From contig CAVQBA010000004.1 of assembly GCA_963710605.1 (NCBI GenBank), forward strand, positions 1,344,001-1,408,000: DNA of 64,000 nucleotides, read 5' to 3'. The position numbers were made by a program, and so were the translations under genes. Each line of letters opens with the position of its first letter. Within the stretch, counting starts at the first letter, position 1. The DNA comes from an uncultured cyanobacterium. Lineage in GTDB: Bacteria > Cyanobacteriota > Cyanobacteriia > Cyanobacteriales > Cyanobacteriaceae. The notes below the pieces were generated by a model. The model was not told where the DNA came from, did no database searches, and worked only from the letters and a program-made list of their open reading frames with translations. This document shows, in pieces, positions 20,715-31,894 of the stretch.

Positions 20715-22046
20715 TCAATTCTCAATTATTCTTATGCCCATCAAGGTTTTAATTGCCTCTACATTTTCTTTAATTTTGGGATGCTCTAGAATTTGATTGA
20801 CATAATCTTGAGTGGCTAAAATGGCTAAATAACGAGCAGGTGGGTAGTTAACTTTTTGGTCGCCATCTTTGGCGATACCTTCCTCACAATCAAAAAAATC
20901 TATTCCATGTCTAATTTTACGATAAGGTACAGTACAAGAGCTAATTGTACCTACTCCCATGAAATATCCTGAAGTCAAAAGATTTTTGTCTTTACTACCA
21001 ATAAATTTGGGTAATAATTGTCCTGCTTTGTCTGATTTGGCGGCTGCTATTTTATAGGCTAGTTGACGAAATTCACTATTGTTTTCATATTCTTGTTGAT
21101 AATTAAGTGATTTTTTATCTTTATATCGATCGATTTTGACAGGAAAACTATCATCGGATTGAAATTGAATATACAAATCTAAAATTTCGGCATCAGTTAT
21201 TTCTGGTGAAATATACATATCCGCAGGAGGATTGGAAATTATTTGTCTTCCTAAACGAGTATCTATTTCTTCGGTGAAACCTAATTCCACCCAATTAGTG
21301 TGAGCATAAAAATCTTGTAAGGTATGTAAAGCCGCTCCTAAAAAATAACGAGCTTCTTGCCCATTTGGCTTATCGTTACTTAGAATATCAACTATACGCT
21401 TTTTAAGATCGATTAAACGAATCGAGCCGTCATGAAATTGCTCGTTACTAAAATGAATACAAGATACAGTAAATTCAGCACTGAGTAAAAAAGATTCACC
21501 CATATCCATGTGTTTATTACTATCACCTATTTCAATAATTGCTTTTTGAGTAAATTGTAATTGATTAGTTTCGTTTTCTAATTCTTTTTTTTCTTCAATA
21601 ACGATCGCTTCTAAGGCTTCTGTTGTCATACTTAAATGACCTTCATAATTAGGATAAAAAGCAATCAAATCAGGTGTTTTTTGAAGTTCTCCTAAGTTTT
21701 TTTTAAGAATATTTTTTTTGATAATTTTGTTATATTTTATTTCTTTTTTAGTAGCTATTTTTTCTTTATTTGAATTTTTTTCTTTTGAATAATAATCTAC
21801 TAACCAGCTATATCGATAACAATAACGATCGTCATATTTAGACAAATATTCCTTTGATAAATTAATTTTAGGTGATGATTGCTTGGTAGAATCATTAAGT
21901 TGTTCTGTATTTTGAGCATTAACTAAAGGAGAAAATAAATTAGAATAATGACGATCGGTAATTGTATTCTGTGCTGATAAATTTAAAGTTAATATTGGTA
22001 TTAGTATTAAACTGATAACTAAAATGGAAATATACTTAAACAACAT
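20715..22046 (-). CDS. Secreted protein with HET-C/VWA7-like zinc-binding domain
   Basis: Signal peptide; H..MT..AL, IHFSNE, LGAALHTLQDFYAHTNWVELG, LTSGYF, RHG, GIAKD. Confidence 0.7.
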   Translation of the reverse strand: MLFKYISILVISLILIPILTLNLSAQNTITDRHYSNLFSPLVNAQNTEQLNDSTKQSSPKINLSKEYLSKYDDRYCYRYSWLVDYYSKEKNSNKEKIATKKEIKYNKIIKKNILKKNLGELQKTPDLIAFYPNYEGHLSMTTEALEAIVIEEKKELENETNQLQFTQKAIIEIGDSNKHMDMGESFLLSAEFTVSCIHFSNEQFHDGSIRLIDLKKRIVDILSNDKPNGQEARYFLGAALHTLQDFYAHTNWVELGFTEEIDTRLGRQIISNPPADMYISPEITDAEILDLYIQFQSDDSFPVKIDRYKDKKSLNYQQEYENNSEFRQLAYKIAAAKSDKAGQLLPKFIGSKDKNLLTSGYFMGVGTISSCTVPYRKIRHGIDFFDCEEGIAKDGDQKVNYPPARYLAILATQDYVNQILEHPKIKENVEAIKTLMGIRIIEN

Positions 22047-22275
22047 TGAAAATAAATAATAATGATTACTAATTTATTTATACCCACCCTTAAAAAATTT
22101 TTTTAGTGAATATAATTTTAGTTTTAATAAAGTTAATTAATAGTAAATATAATTAATAATTTGAAAATATATAAAAATATCAGTTATCAAATTCTATCAG
22201 TAAATTAGCTAGATTGATAATTTTAATTCTTGTTATTCAGAAATAGTTATGAACGATCGACTATTGACAATCTAA

Positions 22276-23157
22276 TTATTTGGATTCATTGGTTGGAGAA
22301 TCATCACTAAACTTTTCTTGATCATAATAGTAAAGGGTACGAATAGGATAAGGAATCGTAATTGAGGCTTGATCAAAAGCATCTTTTATATCTAAAATTG
22401 CTTCAGTTTGAATGTTTCTAACTATTTTTTGCTGGGGGGAAGTCCAATAACGCACCACAAAATCGATCGAACTATCACCAAAATTAACTAAATCTATTTC
22501 AGGTTGAGGATGAGACAAAACACCATCAAGATTACTAACTACTTTAGCCAATAACGATCGAGCTTCTCTTAAAGGAGTATTATAATCGACACCCACCGCT
22601 AAATCTGTTCGTCTGCGAGTAAAACCTGTTCTTACTTGTACCGAATTAGTAAAAAGATTAGAATTAGGAATTAGGATTTTTTCACCTTGATAAGTACGTA
22701 TAGTAGTTGTTCTCACATCAATTTGTTCGACAAACCCTTCATTACCATCAATAACTATTTCATCATCAATACTAAAAGGTTCTTGTAATAAAATTAAAAT
22801 ACCAGCCAGAAAATTTTTAAATATATCTTGAAATGCAAAACCGATCGCTACAGTACTTAATCCTAAAGCACCGACAACATTACCTAAACTTAAACCAGGG
22901 AAAGCCAAAACACAAGCGATAAAAAAACCTATCACCCACGTAGTAACATAAGCACCTTTAGCAAACAGAATTTGTAAAGATTTGCTTTTAACAGTTCGAC
23001 GAGCTACTTTTTCAGCAATTTGTTGACTTTTGTTAGCTACTGAGCGGGTAATTAAAATCGCCACAAACCCCGCAAAAAAACCGGGTATTACTTTAATAAA
23101 GTCAGTAATTAGTTCTCGAATACTACTTATAATTGCTTCAATAAATTGTTTGAACAT
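22276..23157 (-). CDS. mscS: Small MscS-family mechanosensitive channel
   Basis: AIGFAFQDIFKNFLAG, IDVRTT, IPNS, FGDSSID, IPYP. Confidence 0.9.
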   Translation of the reverse strand: MFKQFIEAIISSIRELITDFIKVIPGFFAGFVAILITRSVANKSQQIAEKVARRTVKSKSLQILFAKGAYVTTWVIGFFIACVLAFPGLSLGNVVGALGLSTVAIGFAFQDIFKNFLAGILILLQEPFSIDDEIVIDGNEGFVEQIDVRTTTIRTYQGEKILIPNSNLFTNSVQVRTGFTRRRTDLAVGVDYNTPLREARSLLAKVVSNLDGVLSHPQPEIDLVNFGDSSIDFVVRYWTSPQQKIVRNIQTEAILDIKDAFDQASITIPYPIRTLYYYDQEKFSDDSPTNESK

Positions 23158-23221
23158 TATTATTTATTAATCCTAATTTAATCAACATAGAAAAAATTTA
23201 TTCTTATTCATCAATAATCAA

Positions 23222-25504
23222 TTATTGAACAAGCATTTTTAAAACAGGGCAAGGTTTTTTATCATCTCTGAGTAAAGATTCATTTTTATAATCAGCGAAG
23301 AAACTCCATCGCCAAGGAGCTTTTTTTGCCGCTGACATCCATAATAACTTTTTCGCTCTAGTCATAGCTACATATAATAGTCGATATTCTTCCGCTTGTT
23401 TATTTTCACTCGCTATCAAAGATGCTGAGGTGACGCTGAGTAATTCAAATTGATCATTGTTTTGCTCGTACTGTTGATGAAGAGCATTTCTAATTTGAGT
23501 CCGAATTATATCGGCAAAATTATTTTCACCTAAAAACTTACGGCTTTGAGGCACATATGGTGTACTGTCCCCGGGTAAAACATCTTCATGCAAAAATGGT
23601 AAAAAAACATAATCCCACTCTAAACCCTTAGCTTTGTGCATTGTCATGATTGTTACTTGCCCTGACAATGTATAAGCGTCTTCATTTTCAGTTTCAACTC
23701 CTGTAAATTTTTCTTCAGTGATAATTTGTTGTAAGGTACTGATAATATTTACGATCGAATATTGACCATTAATCTGTTTTTGAATCCTTTCACTAAGTTT
23801 TTGAGCCGTGGCTAATTCTGATTCTTGATATTTTAAAACTTGAGCAAAAAAAGTAATTAGATGATAAGCAGGTAATTCAAAACGAGCGTTGATTAGCTGT
23901 AAACAATATTCTTGTGCTTGTTTAACATAGTCTGGTTGCTCTGATTCTAAAACGCTGGGGTAGAGAAATTTTTCAGGGTAAATACTTAAGGCGTTGACAT
24001 CTTGAGCTGTAATTAATTCTTTAGCTTGTAAAGTTTGTAAAGCATTTTTCAGATATTGAGGTGAGTGTGGTTGATAGATAAATTGCAACAAAGACAATAT
24101 CTGTTGGGGTAAATGACGATGATTATGAGATTCGTTGACTAATTTGAGGTTAATACCATACTCTAGCTTTAAATGCTCTAAATATTGATAAACAAATGTT
24201 CCTTGTTTATTTTCTCTGACTAAAATCGCAAAATTAGCTTGAGGGTTAGTTAAATGCAAATCAAGAATTCTATTACTAATAAGGGTGGTAGTTTGATAAA
24301 TATCGGAGGGAAAATAAATTTCGACTCCTTCACCTTCAGGTTGTGGATTCACCTCAACTTCATTATCAATGGGGCTAATTGGTTCAATAAATTGTGTTGT
24401 AAAAGGAGGATTAATCGATAAATGAGGGGCTATTTGTTGATTAACCCAAAGGAGAGTTTGATTTGCTGTGGTGATGATATTAGGAGTGCTTCTCCTTGCC
24501 TGAGTCATGGTTTGATATTGTTTATTTTTAGCACAAAGTTGAGTAAATTGCTGAAAATAAAGGGGATCTGAAGCGGTAAAAGTTGAATTAATTGCTTGGT
24601 TGGGATCGCCTACCCTAACTAGGTTTGGCTCTGGTTGCCCCGATTTAGTGGCGAGTATTTCTAATAATTTTCCTTGTAATAAAGAAGAGTCTTGTGCTTC
24701 GTCTTCAAAAACAGCAAAGGTTTCTGATTGCCATAACAGACGAACTTCTTCATTTTCTAGCACTTTTAAGCCGCCTAAAATTAAATCGTCATAATCAATT
24801 AAGTTACGAGTTTTCATTAGTTTTTGGTATTCTTGATACAACCCAGCGGCAATTTGTAGTAAGGGATAATCTGCTTGTGGCGATCGTTTTGCTAGATTTT
24901 CAATCTCATTGACACTCAGACAAGAACTTTTAGCTACACTAATAACTTGATAGGCAAGATTTGGTAAAACTTCTGTGGTTAGAGCTAATTGACGGCGTAA
25001 AACTTCGCTTTGTTCGTTATCAAATTTTTGTTTACCTTGAATTAATAAGTCAAAATAATCGGGTTGTGATTCTACCCAAAGTGCGATCGTTTCTTTAATT
25101 AAATTACTGTTAGTGTTAAGTTCGACTAAAGTACTAGTTTCTAAATTCAACCCCGAAAATTGCGGATGACGATTGGCAATATTTAAAGCTAATCCATGAA
25201 TTGTTTGCACAGTAAAACCAATAGGTGGTAAAGATAGTTGTTTTAACCTTTGTTGAATTTTCTGTTTGATACTCGCAGTTGCTGAGCGGGTATAAGTGAC
25301 AACTACTAATTGCTTTTGTGGGTGTAATTTTTCACGGGCAATTGTGATGGCACTAGCGATCGCTAAACTATGAGATTTTCCTGCCCCCGGTACTGCTGAA
25401 ATCGCCATCCGACCACTTTTCCATTGGGCTAATTCTTTTTGCCCTGGGAGTAATTGACTAATCAAATCAGTAATTTGTTGGTTGAGACAATCAGCATCAT
25501 TCAT
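23222..25504 (-). CDS. UvrD/REP-family ATP-dependent helicase
   Basis: AVPGAGKS, DEAQD, VGDPNQAI, TMHKAKGLEW, RLLYVAMTRAK. Confidence 0.92.
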   Translation of the reverse strand: MNDADCLNQQITDLISQLLPGQKELAQWKSGRMAISAVPGAGKSHSLAIASAITIAREKLHPQKQLVVVTYTRSATASIKQKIQQRLKQLSLPPIGFTVQTIHGLALNIANRHPQFSGLNLETSTLVELNTNSNLIKETIALWVESQPDYFDLLIQGKQKFDNEQSEVLRRQLALTTEVLPNLAYQVISVAKSSCLSVNEIENLAKRSPQADYPLLQIAAGLYQEYQKLMKTRNLIDYDDLILGGLKVLENEEVRLLWQSETFAVFEDEAQDSSLLQGKLLEILATKSGQPEPNLVRVGDPNQAINSTFTASDPLYFQQFTQLCAKNKQYQTMTQARRSTPNIITTANQTLLWVNQQIAPHLSINPPFTTQFIEPISPIDNEVEVNPQPEGEGVEIYFPSDIYQTTTLISNRILDLHLTNPQANFAILVRENKQGTFVYQYLEHLKLEYGINLKLVNESHNHRHLPQQILSLLQFIYQPHSPQYLKNALQTLQAKELITAQDVNALSIYPEKFLYPSVLESEQPDYVKQAQEYCLQLINARFELPAYHLITFFAQVLKYQESELATAQKLSERIQKQINGQYSIVNIISTLQQIITEEKFTGVETENEDAYTLSGQVTIMTMHKAKGLEWDYVFLPFLHEDVLPGDSTPYVPQSRKFLGENNFADIIRTQIRNALHQQYEQNNDQFELLSVTSASLIASENKQAEEYRLLYVAMTRAKKLLWMSAAKKAPWRWSFFADYKNESLLRDDKKPCPVLKMLVQ

Positions 25505-25718
25505 GAATTGATAATTGATAATTGATAATTAATAATTAAATATAGTTATTGATAGTTGGCTTTTAGGTTTTAGGTTTTAAGTTATTCCTTGAATAGAGAA
25601 TGCTTGAGTGAGAGAATGGAAAATGTAGGAGTAACATAATAGAGAATAGCTAACAGCTAAAAATAACAACTTTTAACTTTTAACTTTTAACTTTTAACTG
25701 CTAAGGCTTTTAACTAAT

Positions 25719-26186
25719 TTAATTCCACAATACTCGAACTAAACGTACAGCTAACCAAACTAATAAAGCATAAACACCAATAGCAACAATAGTCGTAATT
25801 TCAAAAACGGCAGTTTCATTAATTTGAGGATTATTAAACAAATCAGTAAAAGGATTAACAAAAACAGCAGATAGGTCTAAAATGAAACTGGCAACAATAT
25901 TATCAGGATTGGCTCCTAAGATACGTAAAAGAAAGCGTAATGATAACAAAATCATTAATGCTCCACCTAGATAATAAATTGTCTGTATCACACGAGAAAT
26001 TTTTTCTTGATGCTGAGCTTTAGCTAATCTTTTTTCTTCTTGCTCTAAACGTAACAATTCGTTTTGTTCATTTTTTCTTTGTTTCTGTAATCTTTGTTGC
26101 TCTATATCTTCACGTGTTTGATCAGAATTACTGCGATATTCACGATCGAGATTATCTTTATCATTCGGATTATAAGGATTTGTCAT
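25719..26186 (-). CDS. YggT-family membrane protein
   Basis: LRFLLRILGANPDN..F..LS..FVNPF after a charged coiled-coil N-terminus. Confidence 0.75.
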   Translation of the reverse strand: MTNPYNPNDKDNLDREYRSNSDQTREDIEQQRLQKQRKNEQNELLRLEQEEKRLAKAQHQEKISRVIQTIYYLGGALMILLSLRFLLRILGANPDNIVASFILDLSAVFVNPFTDLFNNPQINETAVFEITTIVAIGVYALLVWLAVRLVRVLWN

Positions 26187-26306
26187 CGGTTTTAATTGAC
26201 TTTATTTCAAGTTTAAAATTAATCTATAGTTTATATCCTAATTTATTATTCATTCTCAATTATTAACTTTTTACTCGTATATTTGTACTAATTATATCGT
26301 AAAATT

Positions 26307-26621
26307 ATGGAATCGATCGTTGACTTAATTATGACGAAAGAGAATTTGTTTGCTATTTCTCTTTTTCCCTATCTGGGATTTTTATGGTTTTTAACCAATT
26401 CTAAAAAAGCACCAAAATTAGCTGTAATTGGCTTTTACGTTTTACTCTTATTTGTCGGTATCACTATCCCCGCAGGGCTTTACGCTGAAAAACATTATGG
26501 TACAAGTTTAGCTAATGTAGATTGGTTACACGGAGGGGCAGAATTTTTCCTCACTTTATCAAATATCTTAGTTGTCTTAGGATTTCGTCAGGTAGTTATG
26601 GCTAAAGAAAAAGGCGAGTAG
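26307..26621 (+). CDS. DUF3593 membrane protein
   Basis: LFAISLFPYLGFL, LANVDWLHGGAEFFLTLSN. Confidence 0.85.
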   Translation: MESIVDLIMTKENLFAISLFPYLGFLWFLTNSKKAPKLAVIGFYVLLLFVGITIPAGLYAEKHYGTSLANVDWLHGGAEFFLTLSNILVVLGFRQVVMAKEKGE

Positions 26622-26807
26622 TAAAGCAGATACAGCGAACAATGATTAATTATCAACTATTTAAATTCGTAATTGATTATTACTTAATTTTTAATTGTTA
26701 ATCATTAAGTAGTACTATATAATACTTAGGAATTTAGTTTTGCTGATGTAAATAAACTAAAATAAGATCATAACTGTGGACTAATTCTTTATCTCAAAGA
26801 CTAATTT

Positions 26808-27368
26808 ATGAATATAGAAAAAATTGTTGATCAGGCATTACATGCTGGTTATTTAACCCCGTCAATGGAAGCAGAAGTAGCTAGATTATGTGAAGCAACG
26901 AGCGAACTTTCACCAGAAGAATATAAAGCCTTAGATAAATTAATGGGTGCTTTATTAACAGGGGAAATAGTTGCCACACCTAAAAAACAATTTATTAATG
27001 TGATGGAAGAATTAGTTCTCGCTGAAGTGATTTCTCGTGTTGCTGAAATCGAAACAAGCAGTTATTCTTTACTAGATGTAGGAGATATCGCTGCCTACGC
27101 ACTCAATCGCTTACCTCCTTTATATGCTACAACCGAAGAAGGAGCTAATTTTCAGAAACAAAAGGCAAAAGAAGAATTACAAAGTCTAATTAATAAACAA
27201 GTAAATTCAGCAGTATCTTTGTATCTCGATCGACCTGATTTTTATCCTGAAAGACAAGCAATTAGCAAATCTGATGTTAATCATAATGTTTTTGAGCAAG
27301 TAAACAGACTCTTGCAATCTCAAGCAACTCTTTTTGAAGGCGAAAACGAATCAATATCAAACGACTAA
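26808..27368 (+). CDS. ComFB-domain protein (CdgR-like cyclic dinucleotide receptor)
   Basis: FINVMEELV...DIAAYALNRLPPLYAT ComFB motif; N-terminus IVDQALHAGYLTPSMEAEV. Confidence 0.82.
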   Translation: MNIEKIVDQALHAGYLTPSMEAEVARLCEATSELSPEEYKALDKLMGALLTGEIVATPKKQFINVMEELVLAEVISRVAEIETSSYSLLDVGDIAAYALNRLPPLYATTEEGANFQKQKAKEELQSLINKQVNSAVSLYLDRPDFYPERQAISKSDVNHNVFEQVNRLLQSQATLFEGENESISND

Positions 27369-27462
27369 TAGTTAATTAGGAAATTAAGAAGGATAAATAA
27401 CAATTAACTTTTAACTTTTATTTAATTCTTAACTTATATCTGTATTTAGGTGTGCCGAAGTA

Positions 27463-27498
27463 TTCTCAATTCTCAATTCTCAATTCTCAATTCTCAAT
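27463..27498. repeat. Heptamer short tandem repeat (TTCTCAA)n
   Basis: About five copies just before the ATPase start. Confidence 0.85.
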
Positions 27499-27507
27499 TA
27501 TTTACCT

Positions 27508-29862
27508 ATGGCTTTATTAAGTGCAAAAAAAAAGACTACTAATAGTAAAGCAGAAGTAGTCGATTCCATTATTCTTGATATCGAAGGGATGAAATGTGCC
27601 GCCTGTGTTAATGCGGTTGAAAAACAGATTAAAAAACAAAATGGTGTAGTTACCGCTAATGTCAATCTGATTACGTGTATCGCATCAGTAGAATATCAAG
27701 CTGATTTAATTAATCCTCAAGTTTTAGCTGATAAATTAACGACAGTTGGTTTTGACACCCAAGTTAGAAAAACTGAACAAACTTATCAACAGCAACAGCT
27801 TAAAATTCAAGCAAAAAGAATAGAGCAAGAAAAAAAACAACAATATGAATTAATCACCGCAGGTGTTTTATTATTATTTTCTAGTATCGGACATCTTCAT
27901 CATTTAGGTTTTCATTATCATAATTTTTTAACTAACATTTGGTTTCATTGGACGTTAGCCACTTTAGCCTTAATTATTCCGGGTAGAGAAATTATCCTTA
28001 ATGGTTGGCAAGGTTTATGGCATCGAAAACCGAATATGAATAGTTTAGTCGGTTTAGGAACAGTTGCCGCTTATTTGACTAGTTGTTTGGCTTTAATTAA
28101 TCCTCAATTAGGTTGGGAATGCTTTTTTGATGAGCCGGTGATGTTACTCGGTTTTATTTTTTTAGGTAGAGTATTAGAAGCTAAAGCTAAAAACAAAGCA
28201 ATCAATTCTTTAGAAACATTATTAAAATTACGTCCTCAATTTGCTCGTTTAGTAGGTAAAAAAAACACCTCAGAAGATGAAGGAATAAAAATTCCCGCCC
28301 TTCAAGTCAAACCAAATGAGTGGATTAGAGTTTTAGCAGGAGAGCAATTTCCTGTTGATGGTCAAATTGTGGCAGGAGAAACCACAGTTGATGAGTCTTT
28401 CTTGACAGGAGAATCTATCCCCATAATTAAAAAAACAGAAGATAAAGTTTGTGCTGGTACAATTAATCAAGAACAAATGGTAATTGTCGAAACCACAAAT
28501 TCAGGTAGCAAAACAAGATTAGGACAAATCATTGCTACAGTTGAATCAGCTCAAACTGCTCAAGCACCTGTACAAAAATTAGCTGATCTAGTTTCGGGTT
28601 ACTTTGCCTATATTATTATCTCGATTTCTTTATTAACTTTGTGTTTTTGGTATTTTATCGGTACACAAATTTGGTTAGATATTATACCTACTTTAGGTAC
28701 TAGTAAAATTATTCTGAGTATCAAGTTAGCGATCGATGTTTTGGTAATAGCCTGCCCTTGTGCTTTAGGTTTAGCCACACCTACTGCTATTCTTGTCGGG
28801 ACTAGTTTAGGTGCAGAAAATGGTTTACTAATTAAAGGAGGAGATGTACTCGAGCAGGCGAAAAATTTAAAGACAATTGTTTTTGATAAAACAGGCACTC
28901 TTACTCAAGGTTATCCTCAAATTACGCAAATAATTAGTTGTCAACCTCAAGTTTATTCTCCACAACAACTATTAACCATTGCCGCTAGTTTAGAAATTGT
29001 GGCACTTCATCCTCTAGCTGAAGCTATCCTCACCGAAGCTAAAAAACAAAATTTAACTCTTTATGGTACTGATAAACTTACTAATCATACAGCTCGAGGT
29101 GTTAAAGGGATTATTCCTCCTGAGAATCAATTTTTATATTTAGGTAATCAATCATGGTTAGCTGAAAATGGGATTACGATCGATTCATCAATACAAGAAA
29201 AAATAGAGGATTATACTCAGCAAGGTCAAACCGTTGTCTATCTAGCTAAAAACGATCGTCTAATCGGTTATTTTCTTTTAAACGATACCCTCCGAGAAGC
29301 GGCACTAAGTACTGTAACTGAGCTTAAAAATAGAGGTTTGAAAGTGATTATGATGAGTGGAGATAAAACTAATGTAGCAAAATATATTGCTCAAAAATTA
29401 GGTATTACTGATTATTATGGTGAAGTTAGCCCTCAAGAAAAATCAGATTTGATCAAACAAATTCAACAACAATACCCTCAGCAAATTGTCGCCATGGTTG
29501 GTGATGGAATTAATGACGCACCTGCTATGACTACCGCAGGATTTGCTATTGCCATGCCTCAATCAGCTCAAATTGCAATTCAATCAGCCGATATTGTTCT
29601 CACACGAGGCAATCTTCAAGATTTAATCACCGCTATTGATTTAAGTGCTGACACTTTAACTAAAATCAAACAAAATTTGTTTTGGGCATTAAGTTACAAT
29701 CTAATCGCTATACCTGTAGCGGCGGGAATTTTATTACCTAGCTTTGGTTTACTTCTTAGCCCTGCTGTTTCTGGGGCTTTTATGGCTTGTAGTTCTATTT
29801 TCGTCATTACTAATTCTTTATTCTTAAAAAGAAAAAAATATCAATCGATAATTGACAATTGA
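27508..29862 (+). CDS. ctaA: Cu-transporting P1B-type ATPase (CtaA-like)
   Basis: HMA GMKCAAC, TGES, CPC, DKTGT, HP, GDGIND, YN and M..SS Cu(I) ligands. Confidence 0.85.
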   Translation: MALLSAKKKTTNSKAEVVDSIILDIEGMKCAACVNAVEKQIKKQNGVVTANVNLITCIASVEYQADLINPQVLADKLTTVGFDTQVRKTEQTYQQQQLKIQAKRIEQEKKQQYELITAGVLLLFSSIGHLHHLGFHYHNFLTNIWFHWTLATLALIIPGREIILNGWQGLWHRKPNMNSLVGLGTVAAYLTSCLALINPQLGWECFFDEPVMLLGFIFLGRVLEAKAKNKAINSLETLLKLRPQFARLVGKKNTSEDEGIKIPALQVKPNEWIRVLAGEQFPVDGQIVAGETTVDESFLTGESIPIIKKTEDKVCAGTINQEQMVIVETTNSGSKTRLGQIIATVESAQTAQAPVQKLADLVSGYFAYIIISISLLTLCFWYFIGTQIWLDIIPTLGTSKIILSIKLAIDVLVIACPCALGLATPTAILVGTSLGAENGLLIKGGDVLEQAKNLKTIVFDKTGTLTQGYPQITQIISCQPQVYSPQQLLTIAASLEIVALHPLAEAILTEAKKQNLTLYGTDKLTNHTARGVKGIIPPENQFLYLGNQSWLAENGITIDSSIQEKIEDYTQQGQTVVYLAKNDRLIGYFLLNDTLREAALSTVTELKNRGLKVIMMSGDKTNVAKYIAQKLGITDYYGEVSPQEKSDLIKQIQQQYPQQIVAMVGDGINDAPAMTTAGFAIAMPQSAQIAIQSADIVLTRGNLQDLITAIDLSADTLTKIKQNLFWALSYNLIAIPVAAGILLPSFGLLLSPAVSGAFMACSSIFVITNSLFLKRKKYQSIIDN

Positions 29863-29940
29863 TAATTGACAATTGACAATTAAGAATTTAACTCTTGCCT
29901 CTTGCCTCTTTTTACTCATTACTCATTACTTATTACTCAT
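29845..29940. repeat. Cluster of heptamer tandem repeats (TTGAYAA)n, (TTGCCTC)n, (TTACTCA)n
   Basis: Read directly from the sequence at the ATPase 3' end. Confidence 0.8.
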
Positions 29941-30083
29941 ACGTACGTACTTTATCAAAACAAAATAAAAATTGTATAATAACTAATGTATCTTGTAATA
30001 AAAATAACAAATACTTAGAAGATAATAATTCCAATTAATTGATCAACAATTAATCAAACTAAAATTCTTAGTGAAACAGACTC

Positions 30084-30539
30084 ATGACTACACTTCTAAC
30101 AATGAAAAAAAATCTTGTCCAACCCCATAAAGCCCACATTATAATCGTGGAAGATGATAAAGGTAAAAGAGAGATTTTATTGCGTAAAAGTGTTTATACG
30201 ATCGGTCGTTCACAACAATGTAATATTAAGATTAATTCAGCGTTCGTCTCCCGTTATCACGCAACTATCTTAAGAGAATTTGATTCTCAAGGCTATGTTA
30301 ATTACAAAATTGTCGATGGAGATGGGCAAGCAAAGTTTAGTGTTAATGGGATTTTAGTTAATGGTAAAAAAGTAGCTAATCAGCTTTTAAAACACGGAGA
30401 TAAAGTTGTTTTTGGACCACAAGTATCGATCGTTTATCAGCATTGTCAAAGAGATATATTCCCTTCTTTACCGCCAGATGATCCTTTTGATATTACTTTG
30501 ATTGATCCTGCTATGATGATTGGGGAATTAGATGATTAA
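30084..30539 (+). CDS. Stand-alone FHA-domain protein
   Basis: IGR, SRYHA, SVNG, LKHGD pThr-binding signature; acidic tail DDPFDITLID. Confidence 0.9.
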   Translation: MTTLLTMKKNLVQPHKAHIIIVEDDKGKREILLRKSVYTIGRSQQCNIKINSAFVSRYHATILREFDSQGYVNYKIVDGDGQAKFSVNGILVNGKKVANQLLKHGDKVVFGPQVSIVYQHCQRDIFPSLPPDDPFDITLIDPAMMIGELDD

Positions 30540-30683
30540 AAAAATACGTAGCATTCTATTTGTCAACTGGGGATAAAGTTTTTACTAAACTTAGATAAAA
30601 TACCCGAAAATAATTATGTTACGATGTAAGCGATTAGTTATAATTCCAAAAAGCTAGAACAAATTATCTTTAGATTAATCTCT

Positions 30684-31863
30684 ATGATCGCATCGTCAGA
30701 CATTATTGCAAGTATTGCCGATGATTTAAATCGTTTACAAGAAAAAAAAAGAGCCAAAAAATTAGTTTTTTATATTAGTCAGAGATACTGGGAGTCTGAT
30801 TACTCTTTTGTTGAGAGTCATTCGTTTGAATCATTACTTAATAACATACATCAAACCAATCCGACTTTAGAAGATTTAAAAGCACTACTTTATCAAGCAG
30901 TTAATACTCTCAACAACAAAACTGTTTATACTAAAATTGCTCAATATATTTTCAAGCGGATGTCACCGTTGTATGTAGAAGTGGCTGAAGATAATCAAGG
31001 TCAAGGTAATGAATTAGAAACACAAATAATCGATCGTATTAGTGAAAATATACAATACCACGAAGAAGCATCGAGAATTAAAAAACTAATTTTTGCCGCT
31101 TGCAAACAATATTGGGAAAATGACAGTGATGTTATTGAAATGTATGATTTTAAGGAATTACTTTTAGAATTGTATGAGCTATATCCTAATCAGAAAAGAT
31201 TGAAAAAAGCCTTATACAAAATAGTTGCAAGTATCAATCGTCAAAATTTTTATTCTTTTATCGCCGATGCAATTATTAATGAGTTAACTTATCTTTATAA
31301 TCATGAAGTTAGAGAAATTCGAGCAGAAGAAGATAGCACTGCATTGATTAGAGCGAAAAGAAGAAAAAGCCCGATTTTAGATACAGATGAATCTACCTCA
31401 ATTAGAATTAATACCCAAAACCAGCAGGTTGATTTAGACGAAGATGATACACAAATTAGTATTAGCGAAGCAGGAGAAGAAAGTTTATCGATCAAGTTAG
31501 GTACAGATGTTATGCCTAGTACTGTACCTGAAGGACAAGTTATACCTTGGTTAAAAGTTGATAGTTTGTTTGACTTAAAGCAAGAGATAATGCAATATAC
31601 TAATCCTTTAAAAGCTAAAATTATCTTGTTTTATACTGTTTATCAAATTGATCCTTATGAACAACATTGGGCTGTAGTTAGAACTTGTAGTTTAGATGAT
31701 CTACTAATTAAACTTTTTCAACAATATGGCAAAAATATAGAAACGATTCGAAACTGAGCTATCTAAAATAGCTAATTATCAAATAGAAACTTTAGAAATA
31801 GAAGAAAACGCTCAAGTTGTTAGTGCTTTAACTGAGAGTATTAAACGTTTTTACAAAAAATAA
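30684..31863 (+). CDS. Hypothetical protein with three ~85-aa helical repeats, +1 frameshift near 31747
   Basis: Repeats RAKKLVFY..RYWESD / RIKKLIFA..QYWEND / KAKIILFY; removing a T in ACGATTCGAA extends the frame to TAA at 31861-31863. Confidence 0.75.
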
Positions 31864-31894
31864 ATCAATCTTTAAATATTTGGCTCAAGATAAA

